Below, piece after piece: positions 8,956-18,267 of a DNA stretch of 64,000 nt. The position numbers and the translations under genes were made by a program. Below the pieces are notes generated by a model that searched no databases, was not told the origin of the DNA, and saw only the letters and a list, made by a program, of their open reading frames with translations. Position 1 is the first letter of the stretch. Each line of letters begins with the position of its first letter. Origin of the DNA: Escherichia phage PhaxI; sequence record JN673056. One strand, written 5' to 3'.

Positions 8956-9900
8956 GTGGAAGACTATCGCAATTTTCTAACGCAACTGCTTCAACGGGGT
9001 ATTTCCCGCAAGAACAGATTTCGTGTTACAATTCCGTTGCCGCCTGGGATATTTGATTCCAATGCAACACTAGCAAATGATGGGAACGCGTATCCTTCAT
9101 CTTCATCATTTGGGGATCTGTTCAAACAAAGCGCCCGTATTGTAAACGCATTCTTTGGAGGGACAAACCAAACATCTCGTTCCCTGCAAATGATGTGTAT
9201 GGTCGCATCTTTACCTGGTACAGGGATTGACACTACTCCCATGACCAACAACGGCAACCACATTAAAATGCCGAACAACAAGACGAACATTGATCTGGAG
9301 TTGTCGTTCCTCCTCGCCAACGATTATTATGAAAAGTCGGTCATGGACAAATGGAAGAATCTGATATTCGACCCATACACAACCAAGATGGGTTATTATG
9401 AAGATTTCGTGACCGATATTTGTATAGAACAAATGGATACAGAAGATCAGGTTGTTCATCGCGTTTATGTGACTGAGGCTCACCCCATCAACTTCAGTTC
9501 TATAGACCTGGATAAAAGCGCCGCCGATCAATTTAATCAGTACAACATTTCCTTTTCTTATAACAAAGTATTATCGGAGACTGAATATGAAACGCGCAGC
9601 CTCGCCAGCGATTTTCTTCCTTTGGGTATTACTGATGCTCTTGCTTCCGGAGACTGGGAAACCGCTGCGTCAAAAGCCGGACAGCTGTATAAAAAGATCA
9701 AAGAAGGAAACTTCACAGGTGAAGCCCTGCTGGCTTATAAGCAACTCGATCAGCTTGTAAACAATCTGGCTGGTATCAGCTTGGCTGATTTCGAAAGGAT
9801 CTCTATCGGCATCCAGAGGGATATATTAGGCAATGATAACCTGACGGCGTCTGAGAAGAGTAGTCTGTTGGGATTGTTACAGGATGTTGTCAAAAACTAA
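8956..9900 (+). CDS. Putative virion structural protein (late gene; baseplate/tail-associated?)
   Basis: ORF is open from 8761, but GTG at 8956 is preceded by GGAG (8944-8947) and the late promoter; 314 aa from the GTG; followed by a terminator hairpin. Confidence 0.5.
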   Translation: MEDYRNFLTQLLQRGISRKNRFRVTIPLPPGIFDSNATLANDGNAYPSSSSFGDLFKQSARIVNAFFGGTNQTSRSLQMMCMVASLPGTGIDTTPMTNNGNHIKMPNNKTNIDLELSFLLANDYYEKSVMDKWKNLIFDPYTTKMGYYEDFVTDICIEQMDTEDQVVHRVYVTEAHPINFSSIDLDKSAADQFNQYNISFSYNKVLSETEYETRSLASDFLPLGITDALASGDWETAASKAGQLYKKIKEGNFTGEALLAYKQLDQLVNNLAGISLADFERISIGIQRDILGNDNLTASEKSSLLGLLQDVVKN

Positions 9901-9920
9901 AAAGCCCCCGAAGGGGCTTT
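9901..9920. terminator. Bidirectional rho-independent terminator hairpin
   Basis: aaaGCCCCcgaaGGGGCttt between convergent genes (8956..9900 plus, gp32 minus); T-run on the minus strand. Confidence 0.6.
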
Positions 9921-9927
9921 AGTGAAA

Positions 9928-10959
9928 TTAGTCTTGCTTCAGGAACTGCTCGAACTCATCAATGGAAGCCGTCTGTTTCGCATCGGCACCACCATTATTG
10001 GCTGGAACAGATTGCTGTGCATTAGAAGGCTGAGATTGTTGTTGGTTCAGACTTTCCTGCGCTGTTGGGCGCTGGGGTTCCTGAGACTGGGTAGGCGCAT
10101 GTGCCATAGTAGAAGCACCACCTTCAACCAGAGGCTGATTATCAGGGATGGCCAGAACTTTGCGCAAACGTTTTTCCAGATCTTCATACGATTTGAAGTT
10201 GGCCGGATTAAAGAACTCAAACAAGCTGTGCTCTTTTTCCCAGATCTCTTCAATGTATTCGTCGGTTCCCAGCGGTGCTGGATTATCCCACTTCACGTTG
10301 GTGAAGTTGGCAACCAGGCCTTTCCAGTTTCCGAACTCTTTCTCTTCGCCGTACAGATTCAGAATCAGATTCGCGCCTTCCCACATATCGAACGGGTCGA
10401 ATTTCGGGTCGGTTGAGAACTTAGGATTCTGAGCCGAATCCAGGATTTTCTTGACGGCATTACCGAACTCAAGCAAGAAGACCTTGCCGTTGTTTTCCGG
10501 ATTGTTGCCATCTTTGATCACCAGGATGTTGGCGTAGTATTTGGTGTCCGGCAGACGTTTTTTGAGAACTGTTTTCAGCTTTTCATCATTCGTTTCTTTC
10601 TGTTGTGCCCACAGAGGACGGTCATGGTCACGAACAGGATCATCGTTACCGAAAGTCTGCGGAGAGTTTTCGATATACCAACCACCAGCGCCCTGGAATG
10701 CGTGTTTCATGATCATGGCACACGGAGTTAACACAGCATCTTCAGGGATGGTGCCTTCTTCTTTAGCCTTCATGTCCACCAAAGGGATCGACAGGAAACG
10801 AATGATGTTTTCAGAAGTACCCTTGTCATTCCAGGTCCACTTCCAGATGCGTGGGTCACGACCGCCACCAACACGCTGGCCTTGCTGAGCGAGTCGCTGT
10901 TGCATAGCTTCGGCTTGTTGGCCACGAGATTGTTTAAGACGATCAAATAAATTACCCAT
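9928..10959 (-). CDS. 32: Single-stranded DNA-binding protein gp32
   Basis: YANILVIKDGNNPENNGKVFLLEFG closely resembles the T4 gp32 core ([20 protein letters not shown]); Q/S-rich acidic C-terminus; strong GAGGAA RBS. Confidence 0.9.
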   Translation of the reverse strand: MGNLFDRLKQSRGQQAEAMQQRLAQQGQRVGGGRDPRIWKWTWNDKGTSENIIRFLSIPLVDMKAKEEGTIPEDAVLTPCAMIMKHAFQGAGGWYIENSPQTFGNDDPVRDHDRPLWAQQKETNDEKLKTVLKKRLPDTKYYANILVIKDGNNPENNGKVFLLEFGNAVKKILDSAQNPKFSTDPKFDPFDMWEGANLILNLYGEEKEFGNWKGLVANFTNVKWDNPAPLGTDEYIEEIWEKEHSLFEFFNPANFKSYEDLEKRLRKVLAIPDNQPLVEGGASTMAHAPTQSQEPQRPTAQESLNQQQSQPSNAQQSVPANNGGADAKQTASIDEFEQFLKQD

Positions 10960-11055
10960 TTTAATATTCCTCTATAATCCGCCCCTTCGGGCTATTCTGT
11001 AAATGTATTTGTCAATTATTCCGACGGTGTAATTATACTGCGTTTTGCTATTGAG

Positions 11056-11295
11056 TTAACCCGCAATCATTTGTTTTGCTGGGTCTATTTCAATAATGTC
11101 GTACACATCCGAGAAGGTTTTGTGTCCTTCCAAGAATGTATGGTATTCGATGACATAGGATTTACCTTCCGGCGTCGTGTAACGTACACGATCCATATCA
11201 TCAGCATGTTCATTGAGGCTACCGTGACGCCAGCGGATAGAACCTGGCAGATACTCTTGCGCCTTCAACATTTTATAGATTTGCTCTTTGCTCAT
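11056..11295 (-). CDS. Hypothetical protein
   Basis: 79-aa ORF upstream of gene 32. Confidence 0.45.
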   Translation of the reverse strand: MSKEQIYKMLKAQEYLPGSIRWRHGSLNEHADDMDRVRYTTPEGKSYVIEYHTFLEGHKTFSDVYDIIEIDPAKQMIAG

Positions 11296-11304
11296 GTTAC
11301 AACC

Positions 11305-11548
11305 TTAAATGAGTTTTTTAGATTTCAATTCACCCTTCAACAACCGAGCATCAGAACATTCAGCTGTTAGCCTTGACAGAAGAGGAGGCGTGATCAATTT
11401 TTTGACCTTTGCTTCTTCGATGTCATACTCTTCACAAACACTGGCCATCGTTTCAAGGATTGATTCCTTGCGTTGGCTTGCTCTCATCAACACCAATTCG
11501 GAAAAAGAATCTGGTGTGAGCACTTGTGCTATTTGTTGATCAGACATC
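11305..11548 (-). CDS. Hypothetical protein
   Basis: Start set at MSDQQIAQV (ATG overlaps the stop of the upstream zinc-ribbon gene: GATGTCTGA); the track ORF extends to 11634. Confidence 0.4.
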
Positions 11549-11785
11549 GATTGTATTCCCCTTCCCTGATTGCTTCTTAATATGACGCAAAACGTCTTTG
11601 AAGCCATCAGGCGCGGACTGAGGACCACGAACACCAGATACGATCTTTGGTGCTCCGATAATCATTTTTATTTCGCCGCCACATTCAGAACATGGCTCTA
11701 ATTCAGGCGTGTGACGTTCAGCACAAGATTTTCGAGCACTAAACGAATTTCCACAACCTGTACAGGCATAATCATAAAACGGCAT
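11540..11785 (-). CDS. Zinc-ribbon protein (FmdB-like)
   Basis: MPFYDYACTGCG...CSECGG: two CxxC pairs; start taken at the internal Met to avoid overlap. Confidence 0.5.
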   Translation of the reverse strand: MPFYDYACTGCGNSFSARKSCAERHTPELEPCSECGGEIKMIIGAPKIVSGVRGPQSAPDGFKDVLRHIKKQSGKGNTIDV

Positions 11786-12068
11786 GAATCGCCTCCAATA
11801 CGTGTCGTAGAAATATAATAACTGCTCCCACCAGCGTAGAAAACAGGACAATCCTGCTTGCTTTATCACGCAGCAAAACATATTCGGCCAACATATCAGA
11901 TTGATTTGCAGCTCTTACATTGACGTCACTATGTGGTGAAACCGCATAGAAAGATACCATGGCACTTAATGAATGAAGGAATGTCAAGAATCCCTTAATC
12001 CAAACAAACGCCGTCATCAACAGCAAGGCGAAAAGCAGTATATCTGCCAGCAGCCAGTAGTTAATCAT
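11772..12068 (-). CDS. Small membrane protein
   Basis: 98 aa with hydrophobic helices (LLADILLFALLLMTAFVWI, IVLFSTLVGAVIIFL). Confidence 0.45.
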   Translation of the reverse strand: MINYWLLADILLFALLLMTAFVWIKGFLTFLHSLSAMVSFYAVSPHSDVNVRAANQSDMLAEYVLLRDKASRIVLFSTLVGAVIIFLRHVLEAIHAVL

Positions 12069-12672
12069 TTCTTACACCTCTATTGAAATCAGGATAATTT
12101 TCTATGAAGTAAGGACCAGAAACCATATTTGCAAACGAATCCACGAGGTCATCGATTGGCTTTGGATCCTTCACATCCAACATGTCCATTATACCGCGCA
12201 TCTTAACGTTGAACAGCTTCTCAAAGTGATCTATCATGACCAATTTGTCGGCATTTCCTTTACCACAAAAATGTTTCTTAACAAAAGACGGGGTAACAAT
12301 CTGAAATTCCATATTGTTACGGCGCATCGCTTGTTTCAATAGAGATGTGTTCTCGGCGGTTTGGCATATGTTGTTGGAGTTTTTTGAATTCCCCATAGCA
12401 TAGCCTTCTAGGGTGATGAAATCCGGCTTCTCTGTAAGAAGTACGGCTTCAGCCCATTTGGAAATGTTATAAAACCGTTCTTCGGGGGATTCATATTTGG
12501 GTTGACGTAAAATAAGAATATTGTGTCGCACTTGACGACAGTGCTTCTCAACGGTATGATGTGCATAGAAATGAAGATGATCAAAATCCAGAGGATCTTT
12601 GTCGTCCCAGAAGCACATGGCTGGACAGCCGTAAGAATAGTCGATTCCGCAAAATTTCATAAAAATACCCAT
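12061..12672 (-). CDS. Hypothetical protein (possible RNase H-fold/RuvC-like nuclease; weak)
   Basis: 203 aa; N-terminal FCGIDYSYG and later ITLEGYA recall RuvC-like resolvase motifs; not verified. Confidence 0.4.
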   Translation of the reverse strand: MGIFMKFCGIDYSYGCPAMCFWDDKDPLDFDHLHFYAHHTVEKHCRQVRHNILILRQPKYESPEERFYNISKWAEAVLLTEKPDFITLEGYAMGNSKNSNNICQTAENTSLLKQAMRRNNMEFQIVTPSFVKKHFCGKGNADKLVMIDHFEKLFNVKMRGIMDMLDVKDPKPIDDLVDSFANMVSGPYFIENYPDFNRGVRND

Positions 12673-12709
12673 AACGAAGTTTCATTGTGTTATGGGTATT
12701 TAGACCGGA

Positions 12710-13195
12710 TTATCTGGTGACGATTTTGCTTTCCGGTAAAATCAGGCGAGGTTTGGAGTCCATTTCTTCTTGCATCTGACGTATCTGTTGCAGTAATGCA
12801 GAAGTGTCCACATGACGTTTGATCCCCCGCGCTTCATCACCATATGACACATGGCCGTTGGCGTCCACATAATGCGCGGTGCAAACCATCAAAACATAAC
12901 CCAACTCACCAACGGCAACCGTTAAATCAACCACTTCGGAAGCCAAAGATTCTCCGTCAACACTGAGATTGGGCGAATAATGGATTTTACCATCAGCCAT
13001 AAATTCGCTATTCAGCATAATCATGCCAGCGATCGTTTGTACAACGGGGTTCCCCTGATCATCAGCAACGAAACCGTCGAATGCGCCTTCAAACCCTGGC
13101 GCAATTTCTCCCTTTTCATTTGTGATCACAGCGCGAAGGCGTTGAAGGATGACGTCTTGTACCTGCTGAATATCAGCGCGTTCTACGTTTGGCAT
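12710..13195 (-). CDS. Hypothetical protein
   Basis: Start set at MPNVERADIQ (GGAG 7 nt upstream); the track ORF extends to 13264. Confidence 0.45.
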   Translation of the reverse strand: MPNVERADIQQVQDVILQRLRAVITNEKGEIAPGFEGAFDGFVADDQGNPVVQTIAGMIMLNSEFMADGKIHYSPNLSVDGESLASEVVDLTVAVGELGYVLMVCTAHYVDANGHVSYGDEARGIKRHVDTSALLQQIRQMQEEMDSKPRLILPESKIVTR

Positions 13196-13697
13196 TATTG
13201 TTCTCCAGTTCATAATCCCGTTCTTTAACATATTCATAAAGACGAGAAGTAATTCGGTCGGCATTGCCTGTGGTATTCTTCACAACCCAACCGCTCGTAA
13301 GGACATCCATTTTATATCCACAATCATTATCTTGAAAATAACTTTTAATTGTTTCAAGGCGACGACGTTTATGAAAATACGGTATTAATTCGCCAATGAT
13401 GACACAATCGGGATAATGCTTATCCAGAGTGTTTATGTCTCGTTGAACCCAAACTGGAATAACATCTTCCTCGTCAATTGGGCTGTACGTTGGATCAACG
13501 ATAATCACATTGAATCCATAATTCAATAAATCTTTAACTCCCAGCCACCCGAATTTCATATCGGACACGGTCATGGCGACATTCTTTATCCCCAATTTAT
13601 TTGCAAAATCTGTGAGTAATACAAAAAAGTCCGTGTTTGCATCCGGATAATTAATTGCGAGTTGCTCCCCCACTTTACTGAAACAGAACGCGTGCAT
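13173..13697 (-). CDS. Hypothetical protein
   Basis: 174-aa ORF; no motif recognised. Confidence 0.45.
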   Translation of the reverse strand: MHAFCFSKVGEQLAINYPDANTDFFVLLTDFANKLGIKNVAMTVSDMKFGWLGVKDLLNYGFNVIIVDPTYSPIDEEDVIPVWVQRDINTLDKHYPDCVIIGELIPYFHKRRRLETIKSYFQDNDCGYKMDVLTSGWVVKNTTGNADRITSRLYEYVKERDYELENNNAKRRTR

Positions 13698-13710
13698 TTT
13701 CAGTCCTCGT

Positions 13711-13718
13711 TATAAATA
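13711..13718 (+). promoter_or_regulatory. T4-type late promoter motif TATAAATA
   Basis: Exact TATAAATA 29 nt upstream of ATG 13747; GGAGA RBS at 13736-13740. Confidence 0.5.
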
Positions 13719-13746
13719 CAATTACAATATACCGTGGAGATACATT

Positions 13747-14553
13747 ATGAATTTACCATCATTGCCCAAAACTGAGAGAACACATAAAAGTGATTTCTGG
13801 CCGACTGTGATCAAATACCGCGCCTTTACAGCAGGGCAACAGACCATGTTACTTCAGGTTGCTGATCCGAACACTCCTATGAGTGAGCGCGTGGCAACAT
13901 TGGAGCAACTATTTGACAGTTGTGTTGATGCTGGCGTTCCCTTTAGTAAACTGCCAATCGGTGTTACTGAAGAAGTATTTTTAAAGATGCGCTGTATATC
14001 TATCGGCGAGGTCATGAAGATACGTTACAAATGTAATAACAAAGTTCAAGCCGAAACCAATGAAGGTGGTGAAGAACCAGTTTCTGGCCTTAAAGATTGT
14101 GGTCAAGAGCTTGTGTTACCGATCCCGCTCAATCAAGTAAAATGCGTGTCCCCAGAAGGCTTCAGGGAGACGTTTGATCTACCAGGTGGTTATCATATAA
14201 AGATGCGCCAGCCGTCCTTCTCGGATGCCTCAGTGCTTAATGAAGCATCCTCTGTTGAACAAATGATTGCCACCTTTATCGATTGTCTGTATGACGACGA
14301 TGGTCAGGTTTGGAAGGTGGAAAATCCGGCTGAACCTGGTATCGATCCAGAAGTTGCTAAAGAACGCCAACGCATTAAGGATGAATTTGTCAAATGGGTC
14401 GGGGACAATATTGAATCTGAGATTGTTCAGGACATTTCGAATGATTTCTTTAAAAAGATTCCGCGTATTCGTTACGCGACAAAAATTAAATGCCCTTCGT
14501 GTGGGAAAGAACACGAAGTCAAATTTAACAGTGTCACCGAGATTTTCATTTAA
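13747..14553 (+). CDS. Putative baseplate/hub-associated structural protein (late gene)
   Basis: 268 aa behind a late promoter and upstream of the gp5/gp25 genes; C-terminal CPSCG motif; followed by a terminator. Confidence 0.45.
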   Translation: MNLPSLPKTERTHKSDFWPTVIKYRAFTAGQQTMLLQVADPNTPMSERVATLEQLFDSCVDAGVPFSKLPIGVTEEVFLKMRCISIGEVMKIRYKCNNKVQAETNEGGEEPVSGLKDCGQELVLPIPLNQVKCVSPEGFRETFDLPGGYHIKMRQPSFSDASVLNEASSVEQMIATFIDCLYDDDGQVWKVENPAEPGIDPEVAKERQRIKDEFVKWVGDNIESEIVQDISNDFFKKIPRIRYATKIKCPSCGKEHEVKFNSVTEIFI

Positions 14554-14702
14554 TTTTTGAAATTGATTTACTCTCCTATTTTGTGATGTGTGACGAATTA
14601 AAGGCACACGGCTATAGCATATTTGAAATCAGTGAATCGATGCCGTGGCATCTTGATTTGCTTACCGAGACACTGAAAATTAGATTGTCTAAGAAATCTT
14701 CC

Positions 14703-14730
14703 AACCCCACGTAATGTGGGGTTTTCTTTG
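14703..14730 (+). terminator. Rho-independent terminator
   Basis: AACCCCACgtaatGTGGGGTT followed by TTCTTT, downstream of the 13747..14553 gene. Confidence 0.6.
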
Positions 14731-15059
14731 CTTACATGTTTTATAGGTTAAGACAGGAACGTTTAACCTTAAATTGCTATAACACCGTTGTTGCTGAAGT
14801 AAGTGTTGTGTAATTGGGGTTTGAATTTGTTTTGAAGCAAAAATAATCCTTTTCTACGCATGTTCTGAGGTGTACAGTATTTTCCTCGCCTTTATGCCTC
14901 CATGGCATTGGAATGGGACTGCCTGTCAAGGCGGTGTTACGAGCTTCAGCGAGTAGGAACGAAAAGAATAAAGGTTGAACGGAAGCAGAGCTTCCTATAA
15001 TATATTATTCGACAGATTTCAAATCCCCGCCATAAATATCACATGATTCTAATTGACTA

Positions 15060-16685
15060 ATGGGTTTCAATATGTTAGACAACTTGCGTTGGTTTTACGG
15101 GCGCGTTGAAGACGTGAATGATCCCGATCAAAACGGGCGCGTCGCAGTACGCATCTATGGGGTACAACACGAGGATACCACTCTCCTGCCTACAGAATTA
15201 TTGCCTTGGGGTAAAATGCTTATGCCAGCATCTAACGCCTCCTCGGCAGGTTTAGGCTGGTCTCCGACGGGTATCACTGTCGGCTCTGACGTCATGGGGT
15301 TTGCTTTGGATGAAGCATATCAGAACATCCGTATTGCATGGGTATGGCCAGCAGCAACACCAACAGATGGGTCAGATACAAACCCATTGGCGCTGGGTCA
15401 GGTCGTTCAATCTATAGAAAGGCAGAAGTATAATGCCGTCGAGAATGTTCCTGTTAAGATTGAGGATGAACCGCAACCGGATCCACAACCACCAGTAGAC
15501 GGATATGATCCTGAGAAGTGGATGACCGTGGCTCGTGGGGAATTGGGTGTCAAAGAATATTCTGGTAAGTTCAATAACAACCCAAGGATATTGGAATATC
15601 ATAAGACAACTTCCCTGGGGGCTTCAGAAGATGAAGTTAGTTGGTGTGCGTCGTTTGTTGGATGGGTTCTGATACAGGCCGGATATACATCAACACGTTC
15701 TGCTTTGGCTCGTTCATATTTACAATGGGGGTCTCCTCTGTCAGAACCACGTTACGGCGCTGTTGTAGTGTTCCGGCGCGGGAACAACCCGACATTCGGT
15801 CACGTTGCATTCGTTCAGAAATTTGACGCCAACTACGTTTGGTGTATCGGGGGAAACCAATCCGATTCTGTGAAGGTGAGCCGTTTTAGCCGCTCATCCG
15901 TGTTGGGTTATCGTTGGCCAGGTCCAGCAACTACAGCTTCAGCAGCTCCGGCACAACAAAACGGTAAATGGTCTGAACCTATTCCAGATCGTACCCCGAA
16001 AGTCCAAGAAACACCGCCTCCTTCTGGTCGTGTTCAGGATATTGACAATACAGGAGAGGTATCGGTTCCTTCGGCTGGGGGGTCTCGTTATCCATACAAC
16101 AATGTTATGGCTTCTCGCGCTGGGCATATTATGGAGGTCGATGACACTCCAGGCGGGGAACGTTTGCATTGGATGCACTCTTCTGGGTCTTACAAGCAAA
16201 TGCTTCCTGACGGTGATGTTGTTAATAAATCAGTCAAAGATCATTATGACCTGACGATGTTCGACAAACGTTATTATGTGGGGGGTGATCATAACCTGAC
16301 AATTGGTGGGACTGAAGTACAGCGTAAGAAAGGAGAAGTTTACCACTTACACTCTTCTAACTATTCCAATGTGGTCGCTGGAACAGCGTTGATGAAATTT
16401 TCCCAATTGGCTGAGATACAGGCACAGAACGTGTTGCGTCTCATCTGTGAAATGTTTGAAGTGTCTAACACTTTGAAGGTTCCTAAGATACTGGCAACTG
16501 AAATAATTTGTGATAAATTATCGGTCGCACAGACTATTGAAGGCAACATCAAATATGCTGAAGGCGCTGGTCGCGCCGCCTCACGTGCGGGGGCAACTCC
16601 TGTAACAACTACAGGCCCAGGTCCAATTGATATAAAACCGGAGTTAGAGGATAACGGTGGCAATTTTGGTGGTAAAGGCGCATGA
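15060..16685 (+). CDS. 5: Baseplate central spike / tail-associated lysin (gp5-like) with NlpC/P60- or CHAP-like peptidase domain
   Basis: N-terminus LRWFYGRVEDVNDPDQNGRVAVRIYGV (gp5 OB-fold-like); middle domain with Cys...His pair (SWCASFVGWV...GHVAFV); C-terminal region that may correspond to the gp5 spike. Confidence 0.75.
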   Translation: MGFNMLDNLRWFYGRVEDVNDPDQNGRVAVRIYGVQHEDTTLLPTELLPWGKMLMPASNASSAGLGWSPTGITVGSDVMGFALDEAYQNIRIAWVWPAATPTDGSDTNPLALGQVVQSIERQKYNAVENVPVKIEDEPQPDPQPPVDGYDPEKWMTVARGELGVKEYSGKFNNNPRILEYHKTTSLGASEDEVSWCASFVGWVLIQAGYTSTRSALARSYLQWGSPLSEPRYGAVVVFRRGNNPTFGHVAFVQKFDANYVWCIGGNQSDSVKVSRFSRSSVLGYRWPGPATTASAAPAQQNGKWSEPIPDRTPKVQETPPPSGRVQDIDNTGEVSVPSAGGSRYPYNNVMASRAGHIMEVDDTPGGERLHWMHSSGSYKQMLPDGDVVNKSVKDHYDLTMFDKRYYVGGDHNLTIGGTEVQRKKGEVYHLHSSNYSNVVAGTALMKFSQLAEIQAQNVLRLICEMFEVSNTLKVPKILATEIICDKLSVAQTIEGNIKYAEGAGRAASRAGATPVTTTGPGPIDIKPELEDNGGNFGGKGA

Positions 16686-16746
16686 TTACACTGGTGAGGG
16701 CAGATAATGCCCTCTCGTGCTGGAGAGGCAATATCCAAAGGGGTTT

Positions 16747-17124
16747 AACATGAAAGAGTACAAAGACATTGACCTGAAGTTTGGCATGCATCCGGTCACC
16801 AAAGATGTCACTAAGAAAACAGGCATTTATGCTGTACTACAATCTGTGCGAAATATCGTGATGTCTACAGTAGTGATTGGGCCGACGTATCCGAGTATTG
16901 GGGCGGGGTTGTATACCATGCTGGGAGAAAATACAAATCCCACGATTACAGTCGACGTGAGACAAAGTGAAGATGCCATGCTCTTTGAGCCAAGAGCTGA
17001 ATTGCAATCTGTTGATGTATCATTGTCTGACGATTATCATTCTCTGGGCGTAACCATCACGTTCTATGTGGTCAACAACCCAGAGCCGATAACAGACACC
17101 ATATGGTTAAAACGCACAAACTGA
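16747..17124 (+). CDS. 25: Baseplate wedge protein gp25-like (GPW/gp25 family)
   Basis: Pattern Y.DID...G..S...I..T..G...P..G..L...ENT...TV...DYHSLGVTITFYVVNNPEPI resembles T4 gp25; start set at MKEYKD (AAAGGGG RBS); the track ORF starts at 16717. Confidence 0.65.
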   Translation, partial: NMKEYKDIDLKFGMHPVTKDVTKKTGIYAVLQSVRNIVMSTVVIGPTYPSIGAGLYTMLGENTNPTITVDVRQSEDAMLFEPRAELQSVDVSLSDDYHSLGVTITFYVVNNPEPITDTIWLKRTN

Positions 17125-17463
17125 TTAAGGTGCGTTGGTATTGGAGCGGTTGGTAATTATTTCAAAATGCGTCAGTAAACGGTACAGTAATTTCCCACCT
17201 ATTCTATGGACTATGGTGGTTGGCTTTAGGTTAACCACCACCCCATCTAGTCTCCCCGTCAACACAAATGTTAAACGAATGCGAAGGATATCACTGCCTT
17301 CAGAACGCATTATTTGACAGTCATGGCTGTACCCTATTTCTTTCCCTTTGAGGACAAGAGGAACATGTGCGCTTTCCTTTAACAGGGTATCTAAATTTTC
17401 AAATAAAGGTTCTTCTTTGTTATTGACGGAATACACCGTCTCTAATATCGGGAATTTATACAT
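17125..17463 (-). CDS. Hypothetical protein
   Basis: 112-aa ORF. Confidence 0.4.
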   Translation of the reverse strand: MYKFPILETVYSVNNKEEPLFENLDTLLKESAHVPLVLKGKEIGYSHDCQIMRSEGSDILRIRLTFVLTGRLDGVVVNLKPTTIVHRIGGKLLYRLLTHFEIITNRSNTNAP

Positions 17464-17464
17464 A

Positions 17465-17926
17465 TCATGGCACCAACGTAATCACAATCATGTTGAGTAC
17501 CGTATCAACCGCGACACCAGAATCCTCTTCATGTATGGTTGAGGCGCGCAAGTGGATATCTGAAATATAATTGTCTATATGCATCGACGTCAAATAAGGA
17601 CGGTGTTGATACACAGGACGGTTGACCTGAACATATTCACGCAGAATGCTGAATGAAAAGTCTTCACATTGAGTGGTGTCAATGCGCAAAAATCTTTGAG
17701 CATGGCAGGTCTTTAACTCGGTCACTTTCCCCAAATAATGGAGGTCTCCGGATGAACCGATACGGAACATTACGTCTACTTCAGATTTGAAAATTTCGCG
17801 TTCAATAAGGGTCGCTGGTGCCCAACAAACTTCTTCCTTGTCTTCAGCAAACAACGTATCGATCACTTCTGGTAATTGGATATAACCAAAGTTGTGGCGG
17901 GGGTTGGTGAGTAATTTGTTGGACAT
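17465..17926 (-). CDS. Hypothetical protein
   Basis: 153-aa ORF. Confidence 0.45.
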   Translation of the reverse strand: MSNKLLTNPRHNFGYIQLPEVIDTLFAEDKEEVCWAPATLIEREIFKSEVDVMFRIGSSGDLHYLGKVTELKTCHAQRFLRIDTTQCEDFSFSILREYVQVNRPVYQHRPYLTSMHIDNYISDIHLRASTIHEEDSGVAVDTVLNMIVITLVP

Positions 17927-17927
17927 G

Positions 17928-18161
17928 TTATGCTCCTATTACGTGCTGTTTGGCTTGTTCATAGGCTGTGCGGAGTTCAAGATAAGAATCTGCCAACAAC
18001 GGTGATTTGTCGTTTTTCCGATTCATGATTATTTGGTGGTTAACGACAGCACGGCGTAATCTGAGTTCTGCCACCCAGAATGCTTTTTGTTTTGCGTGTC
18101 CTGGACGGGCGCGTAGGTCGTGATAATGCATAGAAGCATGATATATTTCAGAGTTGGTCAT
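17928..18161 (-). CDS. Hypothetical protein
   Basis: Start set at MTNSE, which carries the conserved CAGGAACTATATCATG initiation region; the track ORF begins at an upstream TTG. Confidence 0.4.
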   Translation of the reverse strand: MTNSEIYHASMHYHDLRARPGHAKQKAFWVAELRLRRAVVNHQIIMNRKNDKSPLLADSYLELRTAYEQAKQHVIGA

Positions 18162-18237
18162 GATATAGTTCCTGCTATTCAATTTGTGGCGTTGGCCAAT
18201 GAATTACTGGGAAGTATAGGTGGGAAGGTTTCAAAAG

Positions 18238-18262
18238 TAAAGCCCCTCATTGAGGGGCTTTG
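18238..18262 (-). terminator. Terminator-like hairpin downstream of the glutaredoxin gene
   Basis: aaAGCCCCTCattgAGGGGCTtt. Confidence 0.5.
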
Positions 18263-18267
18263 AAAGA

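Noticed and set aside
9922-10416. Plus-strand ORFs inside gene 32 (9922..10416, 10148..10432, 10541..10888)
   Set aside because: Antisense to a confidently identified gp32 coding sequence
13173-13697. DPTY tract suggesting an N6-adenine DNA methyltransferase (DPPY-like motif)
   Set aside because: No SAM-binding FxGxG motif and the protein is only 174 aa; a single tetrapeptide is insufficient
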